Positions 41,001-63,000 of a stretch of DNA of 64,000 bases are shown in pieces. Source of the DNA: Balanoglossus misakiensis. Taxonomy: Eukaryota; Animalia; Hemichordata. Position 1 is the first letter of the stretch, and every line of letters begins with the position of its first letter. Both the position numbers and the translations under genes were made by a program. The stretch spans positions 8,883,612-8,947,611 of the forward strand of contig CM082594.2 in assembly GCA_040954595.2 (NCBI GenBank), given 5' to 3'. Below the pieces are notes generated by a model. The model saw only the letters and a program-made list of their open reading frames with translations, had not been told where the DNA came from and made no database searches.

Positions 41001-41037
41001 CAACATTCTTGCTGTGGCGACTTGCACCGGAGCCCAT
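38013..41037 (-). CDS. ARM-like / TIR / SAM-like protein, paralog A (~647 aa); exons 40426-41037, 39871-40182, 39441-39735, 39073-39321, 38575-38869, 38287-38344, 38013-38135
   Basis: Starts MGSGAS (myristoylation consensus). Helical ARM-like repeats (LLGAGLLEVCEKLM, IIYHLSFNDDCK, KKAAHGALSNL). TIR_2-type domain HIMISY...GYGVWID...MADAVNNASIVLICIAEAYYESPNCRR|EAEYA...IIPLRL...WLG...LYVDF. C-terminal SAM-like KWSEMGVAAWL. All exons join in frame via GT-AG. Confidence 0.88.
38431..38523. repeat. Polypyrimidine CT-rich low-complexity tract in an intron of TIR paralog A
   Basis: About 90 nt composed almost entirely of C and T. Confidence 0.8.
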
Positions 41038-42672
41038 TTTGATTTAATGTAATTAAAATACAAACACTGAAAGAAAACAAAATTAGAATTGGTTTTCATA
41101 ACTTGCAGTTGCTTTGTATAAAAAGAAAACAACTGAGAAGGACAGCAACTTCGGCCAAAAACAGTAGTCGTTTCGTTTCTGTCAACTGCATATTATTGTT
41201 CTCGTTCTTAATCTGAATGGCACAGTCTACACAGGTGCATGGTTTGGTCAAGTCAACTCTGCCAATAGTTCCCTTTATGTAGTGTAATTTGTTGTTTCGT
41301 AACCACCTGAAACATTGCCAACATTTGACGCCGCCAAGAAAAAGAAGGATTGAGTACACGTTTCTCATACACGATCGATCTCCTTCGAAAATGTTGGACA
41401 CTTTGACTTATTTTCTGCAACTCTAAACTTGCAAACCGTAATTTGGTGACTCTTTTCGGATGATTTCATGAACATTCTCTGCCAGTGCCACATATCCCAT
41501 TTCTGGGCCAACCTCTTTACCAAACTTTAACAATTCAATCTTTTATTCGACATCTTTCTATTTGACGCTGTTCCATACATCACCTGAAGGGTTGCGTGAC
41601 ACCAATTTAATGTAGATGACAGGGACACAATAGGTAAAGGTCACTGCTATGGCCACGCGGCACTATAGCACAACAACAATACAAATCACTTGGCAGCGGT
41701 GCATGGGCATATAAACACCAGAACTCGCTTTAAGTGCTACAACGTCCAAGTGTAGGGAAATCAAGCAAAACGATACGATTATTTTGGTCTGAAAATTGTT
41801 TTCACGCGGTATTGTACTTGCTTGCAAAGAAAGAAGTATATTACAGGTGAAATTTCAGAAATACATTCCAAGACTTACCTTAGCTGTCTTCGCGGCTTCG
41901 GGTTGGAACACTATTGTATATACTGTGCCTAAGAAACAACTGTGTGAAGGCGTTTTGTGGACTGGAGCTGAGTACGCATGTACTACAAACGTCTTTATGT
42001 CAGATTTGCTTGCTAACAATGCCGAGTGGGTCATAGCGTATGTCGGTCACTCGATTATAGTCCATTGGACGAAATATATGGCACGAAGTGACCTCGCATT
42101 TTTTTACATTATCCATAAAGAGATCATATCATTACAGAAGCAGCATCAATTTTTAATCCCGGCAAAATGAAGGATATATTCAACAACACACTCGACGTAT
42201 AGCATTGTCAACATAACACAGTTATACCGATAGTACTATCATCACATGTATGTTTTGCATGGTCCTACTGACTACCCCCCAGGTTATGCATCATAAGTAC
42301 AATTTACTATGTATAGAGCTAAGATTTGTTATGATTTTGAATTTCGGCTTTCAAAATCTGAATGATTGTCTTCGAATTTCCCAGGTTCGGAAATATCACT
42401 GGACACTGAAACGGACAGACACATTTATGTGTGCATTTCCTACGGGATATCTTTCAATACATCTGTTAGAGGATCACCCTAAAATTGAGGAAAATAAATA
42501 AAATAAAAATAATATAACAAAAAGCATACTTTCGACAAATTTAGCATCACAAAAAAGCTGTAAATAGTCTAATAAGAACTCTGGTCTGATAGCCCTCCAA
42601 TGCAGCATTTGGTAACAATCTGCCCTCCTACCTACCCAAGGATGGCCCTCCTTTCCGCCGAGTTTGCACTGC

Positions 42673-50863
<8,191 letters not shown>

Positions 50864-51257
50864 GTTGTCACCGCTTGTTTGAACACCGTAATCGAGCTTC
50901 GTTTCGATACAACTTTGAAATGTCATTCACAAACACTTGTGACGAAATAGAATAAATGGCAGAGTTAGGCCCACTACTATAAACACTAATAAATCTAACA
51001 AACTTCATTGAACACGCGTGTGTGTCGTTGATTGGCCTGGTCATACTCATGGCTTTTGGCCAATAACGGACTGTTGACATCACCGAAACTGGCACTGAGA
51101 AATTGGGTTGATATATTGACTAAGCATTTCATAAAAGTCTCAAATAACAGTGGCCAGTTGGAGATCTTGCCTGACCTTGAAGAAGAATGACCGCGCAGCG
51201 ACACTCAGTGGCATTCAGACGCGACGCTTTCTTATTTAAAATGTACATTGAACTCAC

Positions 51258-52155
51258 CTGTATACAGTTACACGCGTTTAGTGAGACTTGTGAATACAAC
51301 TCAGACACTGATGGAACAGCGCAGCTCCTACAAGAGTATAGTGAAAGGTCATTTGGTTACAACCAGTTGAGGTCACACAATGCAAAGTGAAAGAGGTGTG
51401 GTGGCGACAGGGTAGTTTCTGCGCTTTCTGGTTGAGTCCAGCTAAACGATAAAATGTAAAAGAAGACAACCATGCTGTAAGGCTTGGAACACAATTTCTA
51501 TCGTACAATATTTGACGCGAACTGCAATTAGGCAAAAATCTCAAAAAGCCAAGTTAGATATATTTGTGTATAGGACTAAGAAAATAACATGTTAAATTTT
51601 TTTAAAAGCATTAGTGTCGATTCTATGCATATGGAACACTTTCAACCAGCTTAATAGACCACAGGTATTAGCTTGCTCTAATTGGGGGCAAATTTCCGAC
51701 GTTTGTCCAACAATGACAGTCAGAATGACGGTATCAATTACTTGAAGTAACTTAGAGACCGTGCACTTTTACATATTGACGCTTCTTGGTCCATACATAA
51801 TGTATATTGGACGTTTTGTGAATGTGCACTGACATTTGAACCACAGAAAGTTGTGGTCAACATGGGTCTTCGGATTGGCTTAAGCAAGAGAGAAAGAAAA
51901 TAATCTTCGGCCTAAAAGCATGATCTGTGTACGATATGAGCGGTCGTCTGGGGCATCTAAGTTCGCTCATTGTGTCTTTTCGTCATGTTTACAGTAATTC
52001 CATGTGGTTTGCTTTGAATAGCCTAAGTGCGATCGATTTTGCACGATGTCGAACACAACAGTAAATTTGCATATGAATAACACCTGCTGTAATGCCTCAC
52101 TGTCTGGCAGTAATCGCCACCAACCGGTTCACAACTTGTTTCTTCTTAAACATAG
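51258..52155. promoter_or_regulatory. Putative bidirectional promoter region between the TRPM gene and TIR paralog B, including their non-coding first exons
   Basis: A minus-strand donor CAG|GTGAGT at 51258 and a plus-strand donor TAG|GTAAGT at 52155 point away from each other. Matching acceptors lie just upstream of each ATG (~50912 and 53143). Confidence 0.5.
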
Positions 52156-53187
52156 GTAAGTACATGTCCTTCATAACGCTACATTTGCCATTCGGATTTT
52201 TTTCTTTGCATGCATTGACTGTTTTCAAACGACACGTAATGGTTGAAACACGCTGGAATGTATTTTAATCACTCGGATAAGTTAGAAGTTTTCGTATTGT
52301 GTCGGGTGGGGATGGATGGGTGGGTTGTTGATCTGTTGTCAGGCGGAGGCATACTCGCCCGAGGTTAAATATAACAGCTTTATTCTGAACCCACACTTAG
52401 TTTTATTTTACTACAGCGCCATTCTGTATTCGTAGCCCTATAGTATACTTTTTCTGAAAAACAGACAAAGTGTGAAATTCCTTCCATAGACAGAACATCT
52501 TTCCTGTTGATCTAATCCATCATATGGGCATAACATTATTAATGACATTCGTGATTTTTAACAACCCTTTTCACGCTAGGTTTCAATAGAGGACACATAG
52601 TTTGTGATAAAATGTACAGGTCTCATTTTTGGTAAAATTAGAAAATACGAGCTGTTTTTGACCGTCGTACGCGTGTGCAAACCGTTACCAACCAAAATAT
52701 ACAGTACACACATTTAATAATTGAGCGCGATTAATTATATATCGGCAAAGTGCAAATAATCGATGTTTGTTATACACGACCGAACTCCAAATTGAGATTT
52801 AAATATATTTTCATAATGAATGGACATCTCTCTGCAACAACACTGACATGACTTAACCCAATGCAGGTCATGAAGACTTTTAAGTGAAAAGGTATGTCTG
52901 TTGAGGTTGAATGAACGAAGTAAAAGGCGATCGGGTTACTAGGCTTGGAGTTTGAGATGCTTTCTTATTGTACGCCGTGCGGTAAGACGAGTAGAAAAAT
53001 GTAGCTCAGTGTGAATTTTCGATACATAAAGCCCTTTTCTGAGAGTCAGACGCACTATCATAAAGATACGGTTTCCTTTGACCCAAGGGGATTCTGATAA
53101 CATGTTATGTGCAACTTTCAACACGTTTTCTTTGCGCTTGCAGTCGTGTATTCTGGTTTCACGAAGGGCTGAATCAGGTACAGCACC

Positions 53188-56100
53188 ATGGATAGAGAAG
53201 AATGTTCACTTTTCTCGCCTGAAAACCTTCAAGAACACCGACGGCGACAGGCAGAACACCCGGAGATCGACCTGATCGTCATGCGCGAAAAGTTTATCAA
53301 AGCCAAGGATATCATAGACTCGGCCAGCGCTGACCCAACCTCCAGGAAGTCTGTCATGGGCGTCCGGGATATTATAGATCGTGAAAATCTTACCTCGCCT
53401 TGGATCAAGTTCGACAGTACGGAACAGCGGCGATTGGTGTGCGATCAGATGGCTTATGATGGCGTCACTGAAGCCCTGTGCAGGTATTCCTCGTGTCTCC
53501 TAGCAACCGGTCCCGTCGAAAGGAGCCCCGAAATCTTGGGCGTCTACGTGAAGAGCATGCAGGCGATATGGACCCCAAGCGACAATAGCCCCCTCATGTG
53601 CCAGTGCTGTCGGCAGTCGGGATTTCTAGAGAAGATTCTAGAAGAATTGAAAGCGGATAAATATCTACGGCAAAGTCAAGAACCTGGACTGACGGTAAAC
53701 GATTTTTTTCAGAAGTTCTCTAACTTTGATTTAACGAGAACCAACCAACAGTCTGCATCGTCTACATTTCAATCAATGACTTCATTGATTTTTTTACCTG
53801 TATTTCTTTCCAGAACCAATACACAACATTAAAATTGTACCTTGGGATAGTCTACAACTGCGCAAAAGCCGGAGTTCGTCGCAGTTTCTTTACCGACAGG
53901 GGCATTGAGAAGACCATCTTACCCTACACCAAGTCAAGAAGTGAACTATTGGTGGCGCTGTCGCACATGATCGTCGCCCATGTCGTGGATCTGACTGACC
54001 CCGTGACGGAGGGGACGGACACACCCGAGGGTGTTACGGCAACCATAACATTCCTGATGAAAGTTTTGAACAAGGCAGTTTCGCTACTGAGAGCAACCTT
54101 TGGCGAAATCATCGCAGACGGTACAAAGTTCACCGTTGAGGTATGGTAGTCACTATTGGCCTATTGGCCTATCTATATGCTTAACACATGGAAAGAAATA
54201 ATCACCCCATAGATGGAATATGCACCATATATTATCAATACAGACTGTATCAGAGTGATTGTTTTATATTAAACGCCTCTACAGCTTTCACTTAGACGAA
54301 AACTTGTTCCCTTAATTGTTGACCGAGTTTGAAAAGTCGTAGAAAAGTACCTGAAACGCGTCGTTTTGTATTCTTAAGTTTTTAGGTACAAACTTGACGT
54401 TTCGTGTAATTTCATTGCAGGAAGTTGTCCATTCTCTCATGGCACTATCGAGAAGAAGTCAGAACAAGGCGAAAATCGTCGATGCAGGCGCTTTGCCTGT
54501 GATGGTACAGCTGATGAAGAGGGGAGACGAGGGCGAACGATATTACGCTGTGATGACACTTTTCCATCTGGCATTTGAGGAAGCCAATATTCCCAAAATC
54601 AAACAGCAACCGGATTTAATTAAATCACTTTTGATTTTAGTATCTGATGAGAGTAGCAGAGTTAGCCAAAGCGCCAGTGGAGCTATATACACCCTCCAAA
54701 GAAATGGGGGTAAGATTTGACGTGCATGTTTTGCCTTCGTTTATTGTTGGTCTTTTGGCTTTCTGGTTTGTATCATAAACATGATAGAGTTGATATTATC
54801 TTTTGAAGGTCCCAAGCCTGTTGAGAACGGGAAGATTCGGACAGCTTCATCAACGTTGAGATCAACATCCGGGCACATCGCAATTAGCTGTCCAGCGGAA
54901 TACAAGAAACTGATGGGGAGGTTGAGAAGTTCCCTTCAAAGGAAAGGTTACAATGTGTGGATGGACGAGCTGGAGAATGGAAGTTGCCGGACACAGGTCG
55001 AGTCTATGGAAAGGGCAATAAGGGAGTCTTCCGTGGTTCTGGTATGCGCGTGCCAGGCTTACGAAGCCAGTCCAACATGTCGCCTAGGTAACACATCCTC
55101 TTATTGCAGAGGGGAGGGAGAGGGGCTCACCGAATACATGGTTTATCTGTAGCCAAGTACTTGCATGGGAAGAGGTTTTTGATTCGAAATCGGTTTATCA
55201 CCAGTGAATAGTGCAGCGTCGGGTTCAATAACCGACATTATGTTTCCAATATAAGACGTTGTGGGCTTACCTGTACAACCAGCTTCGTATCCAGAGAAAT
55301 GGCCTGGTTCCTCGGTCCACCCATGAAATAGTGGCGCCTTCAAGATACGTTCAGTTTCCCACACAACCGTGTCCATGAGAGTTTCAGTCATATCGAAATC
55401 GCGCAGAGCAACCCTTCAACGACGTGCCTTGCTTCAGGTTCTCTCGAATAAAATGAGGCAAGCATGCTCCGAATGGAAATGATTAGCATATGTTCACTAT
55501 TTACAAACCAACCAATCAGAAAGAGTTGCTAAAATTCAAATTAACAAGGTGCTTAGATACGTCATCGTTTATTATAATTATGCGTTTAATCTACGTCAAG
55601 TTATCCCTTTATTTGCAGAAGCTGAGTTGGCACACAAACTTGATAAACGGATAATTCCTCTGAAAGTGGAGAGATACGAGCCGATTGATTGGGTTTCTGT
55701 GATAATTAGTATGAAGTTGTATGTCGATTTTACCACAGTCCCGTTCAAGGACTGTGTGGGGAAGATTGTCCAGGTGATCGGCAACCAGGGTATAGGTGAC
55801 TGTGACGTCACAGGGAAAGAGGGGCTGACCAAAGAGAGGAAGGTACCCTCCTCCCGATATCATCCGGCAAAATTTTGGAACGATGACGCGCTGAAGAAAT
55901 GGATGAGAGAAAATAATTTGGCAATGTAAGTTTGATGGACACTAGCTCTCTTTGCTCTATAATAACGAAAGTTTCGTTATCTAAAACATATCTACTGGTC
56001 ATCTAATTATGAAAAATATTGTATCATATTCCTTTTTATTTGCAGATCATATCCCAACTTCACGGGAAAAACTTTGGTGTTTTTGATGAACCTTCGACTT

Positions 56101-56330
56101 GAGGTATGTACCAATCTACAGAGAAATATTCTTTTGCCTTATCTTAGCCATGTCAACTTTCTGGATCGACAGAGTTTACCCTGAAGGCTATTTTTTTCTC
56201 TCTCTTATAGGCCACTGAATTCTTTTACAACTATGTCTACAAAGAGTTGGGCATCACCGATTTGGATGCACTGCGAAAACTCAGCGATGCCTTGCACAAG
56301 CTTGAAGACTTATCTCAGTCACATGGATGA
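53188..56330 (+). CDS. ARM-like / TIR / SAM-like protein, paralog B (~628 aa); exons 53188-53694, 53814-54140, 54421-54709, 54809-55087, 55619-55925, 56046-56103, 56211-56330
   Basis: Colinear with paralog A (HPEIDLIV...FIKAK vs QPEIDFLE...FIKAK; RYHPAK in both; EFFY in both). ARM-like NKAKIVDAGALPVMVQLM...TLFHLAF. TIR GHIAISC...GYNVWMD...MERAIRESSVVLVC...YEASPTCRL|EAELA...IIPLKV...LYVDF. SAM-like FWNDDALKKWM. Same intron phases as A (0,0,1,1,2,0). Confidence 0.88.
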
Positions 56331-57092
56331 GTAGCTTACGAAGAAACAAAAACAGCATAAATATTCGGAATCACATAATGCAATCAGTAATAGACTTTTT
56401 TCAGTGTCTTGTGCATGATATCTTGTGGGCATGTGACTGTTAATGCATTTGCACAAACCACACCAATGGGGTTAAATATCCTTTATTTCAAATTCATGTA
56501 TAATAATGATTGTCACCAATTATAAAAATGGAATACATTTGGCACTTCCAAAATATTTTGAATACAATATACACTGTATAGATACTGATAACATAATTAG
56601 CGTCGTGTTTACATGCCTTGCTTTTTGTGTAGGCACCAGATCACAAGCCTCTGCCTCTTTAAGAAGAAAGCGACACTTTTGTATAATTTAAATATTATAA
56701 TAAGTCAATATATGTGATGCTTTGTATAATAAAACACTATATGGTAACATTAATGTTTTTGTATTTTTTAAATTTTAGATATCGCTATTTACATGTCATA
56801 CATCATTATTAAAATTGATAATGTTTTTTGTCATTTTCATAAAACAATAAAGTTCCAAACCCACATAAAACCTACTGGCTTTCACTACTGCAATATTTGC
56901 TTGGCAAATTGTGTGGATCTGGACGGAACAAATTCACTGATGCCCCCCCACCACAACACTGGGCTGTGGATAAGATTGATATAATATGGCATTTGATCAG
57001 CCAGTAGAGGGGCTGTGAGATCTGAGTCTATCCTACATAGCCTGTGCACAATACACTGAACAGGCAAGTGCAGGAGATGTCGTCCATCATGT

Positions 57093-60000
57093 TTAGAAAT
57101 ACTCGTGGTCAAGAAGACCTGGCTGACTCAAGTTATCAGGACTTCTGTTCATTTCATCGCCTCTCCAATTCCTTCTGGTTTGAAATCTTGACGAGTCACT
57201 CGACCGTGTTATACGCGTAGAGCCTCCACTGTAGTCGGAACTTGAAGACTGTGAATATTAAAGAAAGGGGATGTTTAAATTTGCAATACCAATTTATCTC
57301 TTGGTTCTTTCTGATATTGTCATCCAATGATGCTTCACCCAAATGAAAATGATAGACCCAAGAGAATTTGATTGGCCCACTGAGGTTTCGGTTAATTCCC
57401 ACAGACACACATATTCTAGGATCTCACCTCTTGTCCAGTAACGATAAATGGTCGAATAAAGTCAGCTCTTTCTAGGCGGCTTAAAGGATTCTCTGTGGCA
57501 CCATAGCTGTCGAACTGCGGGATCCGCGCTCTCATACGCTCCTGAAAATAAGAAGAAGGATATAAGAGTAAAATTCCTAAGATCAGGGTGCATTCGATGA
57601 TTGTGATTTGAACGATCAGTTTTGAAATGGTGGGGGTAAACAAAACAAGTTAGCATGATCATGATTACAACTGTCTGCCGTTGCTCTTTTTGCAAATTAA
57701 TTTGATGTGAAGAATTCTTCTTAGATTCTAAAGTAAGCAAACTACCCCAGAACTTGTAATCACCTGCATTAGAGATGCATTCTGTATGATTCTGAAGAAT
57801 CCCTTCCTTCGACTGCTCTCTGGTCTTGGTTCTGCCTCTGGTTCGGAGCTGGTAGTACTGCCCTGCCAAGGATCGGACGAAAAGAATCTATCGTCCACAG
57901 GAAGGGATCTTTCACGCGGCCATTGGCCGTAATCGCCACCAGCAGTCGCTCCACGATTGCGATACATCAACGGTTGACGCAATCGTCGTCGTTGCCGCTG
58001 TCGTTTTCTGGTTTTCTGCAGGTGAATGCAGTAAAAGACAACTGCAACAGTGACCCCGACCACTAGTATGAAAGCAGTTGTTCCAAGTCCAATAGCTATT
58101 GGACCAAGGATGTCGTCATCTGGTGGAGAAAATGAAAAACAAGTACATTTAATTTATTACATCACAAAACAGCAATGCTAAGATGGTACTACATCATTCA
58201 AGCTTACATAGTTGCAGTATCAGTTTGTCGTGTCCATGAGTATCAATGGTAAAAGGGTAATCACTCTGACTCTTTGACATGAGGATCGTGAATTTTACCT
58301 TTTGGGTCGACTTCTCCAACATCAGTGACATTAGTAGGTTCAGTAACGGTTTCCATCACAGTTATGTTGCATCTATTTCCTGAATATTCTGGTAAACACC
58401 TGAAAGAATACAGACACATGTTATTGATTGATTGATGGTTGGAATATGTAGTTGTCAACTGATTGATTGATTGATTGAGTGAGTGAGTTGGTAGTCATCA
58501 CCATCTTTACAAATCCCAAATATGCATTGTTCCATGTTCCCCTAATATACTGGTACATGACTCCACATGTGTATATGCTAACAAGCATTGCATATAGATA
58601 TGTCATGAATAAATACTTACTGACAGCTTATGTTTACAAGATTTTCTACAACACAAGTACCGCCATTCAAGCAGTAATCCTGAGGGCAAATTTCTGAAGG
58701 AAATCAAAACGACAAAACACAGAGTTATCGTACAATGTTTGGATATTCATGTCTACTACGGTACTAAGAAAATGACTGATGTAAATGATCTAATCAGGAA
58801 AAAGTTTAATACTTGGTTGATGCACTATTATCATACTGTGACAAAACAACATCATATGTTCATGAAGGAAATTATTTCACAAACATACCTTCACATTTTC
58901 TGCCTGGTCTATATTCCGATGTATCTTCCAATCCTTCGTTACACTGACACGTAAAACTGCCATTTGTGTTTAAACATGTTGCATTTACGGCACAATCGTT
59001 GGCGTTTACATTTGCACATTCGTTGTAGTCTGGTGGGAACAGAAAATACCAGAGCAAAAAATATTACTGAGACATCACAGTGTGTCTGCATGCGAGTCTG
59101 TCTGTCAGCACTATCTCCTTGCCTGCCTGTCTGTCTTTCTGTATGTATGTCCGTCTGTCCACTAACTTTGTATCTAGCACTGAAATGATTTCAAGACAAA
59201 AAATTACCATGAAACGCCACACTTGCAGCTACGATAAGTAACGACACCGAACCAGATGTGATCTTTATCTCCCCAAACTCGTCTTCAAATGACAGCATAA
59301 TCTCTTTCAGTTTATCTGCACCGTAAGTCGATTCCTCAGAGTGATACGTAACCAACTCAACATCCACACTGCCATTTTGGAACTGAAGATTGTCAGCGCC
59401 GTAGTAGTCGTCTTTGGTGATGGGACTTCTCATGAAAATGTATCTCAGCTAATGAAAAGGAAACAGAAGTAAAGTCCACCAAATCATTGACAGTACTGAA
59501 TTGTTGATACGTCAATTCACATTTTCCTATAAGGTGATGTGGTTTGTAATGAAAATAAATCAAATCTGCTTCAAAATCCAGCCAGGCTTACCGTTTCCTT
59601 TATTTTATTAGCAAGACTTGAAAACTCAGCACTTGTTGGGTCAGCCATATAATCATTATATTTAGCTCTGACATCATTGACTTCTAGGATAATAAATCTG
59701 AGCGAAAATGCTCTGGCATCTACAAAACAAGGTTATTATTTAAGAGTATCATCATTATTAATATCTGTCATACATCTATATCTCTTCAAAATTTTCTGGA
59801 AAACTATACGTAATAAAGTTTACACAAATTTTATGCAAATATCACCATAACCAAAAAACTTAAGACCACTATTATAATGAACAACTGTCAGTCAATTGTA
59901 GAGACTTACATGAGCAGGTTCCGTTATTTTGGTTGATTTTGAAATACCCTGGGAGACATTCGCACTGGTAACTTCCATCTGTATTCACACACTGTAGTTG

Positions 60001-63000
60001 TGTACTGTTACATAAATTGGGAGTTTCAGCACATTCGTTGATATCTGAATGAAAAAAGTGGGCAGTTGATTAAATCTTTGCTACATGAAAACCCAGGCCA
60101 GTAGTCTGTTGCTTTACGGATAATATATCCCAGAGTTCAATGGGCCTTTGTGACCAAAGGCTTGTCTGACTAGTGTCCAACTTACTGAGTACATTGTACT
60201 ATTATGATTGGCTATATTTGACAAAATTCTTGGTCATGAGATTACATACATGTACAATCAAAGTGTAGGCTTTAAGCTATTCAATCATGCTGTACCTTGA
60301 CAAGTGCCTGTGGTACTATCCAGTATCCATCCTTCATTGCAGTCGCACGTGTAATTCCCATCGCTTATAAACACACATGAAGCCCTCTGATCGCAGATAA
60401 AAGTCTGGTCAAAGCAAGGATTGTTGACTGAAAAAAAGAAAGAAAACTATCTATTTAGCATTTCACGTTCATAGATAGGGCTGTCTTTTTCATCCCTCTG
60501 TTATTTTAAAAACTCTGTGCTATGATTCATGCTATCTGGAAGATTGGTGCGTAATATAATTTTCATTTTAATACCTGGTACTTTGACTTTGAATGATCCA
60601 GGTATGACATAGTCATTTTCATGGATGATATTTCGGTATCTTCCCTTCAATCCATCTTCAAATGCATTCTCAATATCTGTGGCTGTAACGTTTGATTCTG
60701 GCACTAAGTCAATGAGAAACGTCACCAATACTCTCGAGTCGGCATCACTCATACTGATGACCCGGCTTCCAATGTAATCATCTGATATGCTGCTGTTTCC
60801 GAAGAGATGGTTCAGCTGTGAAAATTGCAAGAGAAAATATCAAGGTGTTATGTATATGTACTCCTGCTATCGTATTTACTAAATGGTACTTGTTTCTGGA
60901 AATGAATGTGTACATATAACCTGCACTACATGCAATTTAAAGGAAATCTATTTTGCGCAAAGATGTAGAAACAAGAGCTTACATCATTTTCTGTTATGTC
61001 GGCATACGTCTGATATTGCATGGTTCCACTGTAGCTGAGATCGGCCGTGTAAGTCCACACTAATCCACCAGCTCCGATGTATATCACAGATGCCTCGAAG
61101 GATATTATTTCTGGGGATAAAAAAATCAATGTCTGTGAAACTTGTTGATTGTGCCATTATCATTTATTACAAGCCCAGGCAAGTTGGTTCTTCCAGATCT
61201 TCGACATAAAGATAAACCCACTCACCTTTACATATGTCATCTTGTCTGTAGTACCCAACTAGACATTCACAGGTATAATTACCAGGAACGTTCAGGCATC
61301 TCTCATTCATATCGTAGTCACATGGTTTAGTGGTACACTCATCAATATCTGGTAAAATTATTTTGGAAAAATATTTGTTTTAATAATCCAACATAAACAA
61401 CATTGAACAGACCATCCCACCAAATTCCATTTAAATCGAGGCATCAACTTTGCCTGCAAAACATGTTGAAAAAAAGTTTTCCTACCAGTACATGTAACTC
61501 CATCGCCTTCATATCCGCTCTCACATTCACAGTAGTATTGTCCGTCAGTGTTCGTGCATATCCCTGCTTCTGAGTCACAGTTGTCTGTTGCGTGCAAACA
61601 CTCATCAAAATCTTTTAGAAGCAAAATAGAAGAAAGAAAAACCTGAGATTAGTTAACAAATAAAACCCCTAACTTCTTTTACCAATTAACTACAATGATG
61701 ATAACCTAATCAAGGGTTGAAAGAAGTTACTTTAACACAGGTCTGACTGTACTATTTTTATATCACCAAAGTAACACTGAGGTTGACAACATGGTAGTTT
61801 ACCTTCACAGATTCTGCCATCGCTGTCACTGACTGTCAAATACCCAGATGGGCACATGCAGGTGTAAGCACTGATGTAATTGGTGCACTCAGCCACTGGG
61901 TCACAATTATTCAAGTTGCTTGATGAACATTCGTCTACATCTGTAATGAGTAAGAACATATCATTAGTATCAGATAAGGACATTCTGTCTGTCCACAAAC
62001 ATTTACTGAAGTTGGGAGAAGTTCCTGAATGTATACTAGATTGTCAAACCATTTTTATGCAAAATTGCTCTTTAAAATTTGAAACTTAAATAGTGACTAG
62101 TTTCTTATGGTCCTCCCGGTTAAATGAGTTGACAATGACACTTCAATTGTGAATGATGTACTAAATATTCTCACCAACACAATGCGTTCCATTTCCGGTA
62201 AAGCCACTGCTACAAGTACACTCGTAAGACCCGGGGGTGTTGCTACATATGGCACTTTCATCGCAAATGGTTGGATTCTCTTGGCATTCGTCGATGTCAA
62301 CGCATTCCTCCCTGCCATAGGAGCGGTACCCCTCTTGGCAGGTACACAGGTAAGTGTAGTCGATGTTCTGGCAGACTGAATTGTTACCACAGTTGTTGGC
62401 GTTTGGACTGGAACATTCATCGATGTCTGTGTATTGAAAATTGTCAAACAATCAAGGTTTGAGACGTGTTATAAGCAAAAGGAATAATACCAGGTAATAT
62501 AACAAGAACTATTACATTTATCTGATATGTAAATCATTGAACAATCGACATGTATCACTTATCAGCCTTTCATTCTTTATTTACCTGCGCAGTGAGTTCC
62601 ATTGCCATGGAAACCAACCGGACAGTCACAACGATAACTTCCAGCTGTGTTGTTACATGTTGCTATGGCATCACAATCCGCTTTCCTTGGGTCATCCGCT
62701 TCCAGATTACACTCGTCAACATCTGGAAGAAAAAGAAGACAAAAATTTCAATCATGGCTCAGTTGGTCACCAAGAAAGTTACTTCACTTAAGCTAAAGCA
62801 TAGATCATCTCAGCATCGTGTACGTAACATCAGTACATCAATGCAAGCAGGAACTCTTTATAGATTGCCAGCAAATAATATCCATTTGCTAAATTCCGGT
62901 AAAGTTTCATAGCTAAGATTAATATAATATTACCTAAAATGCACAACATAGACCACTTACCAAAGCACAGCGCCCCGTCTCCCTGGAAACCAGGATTACA

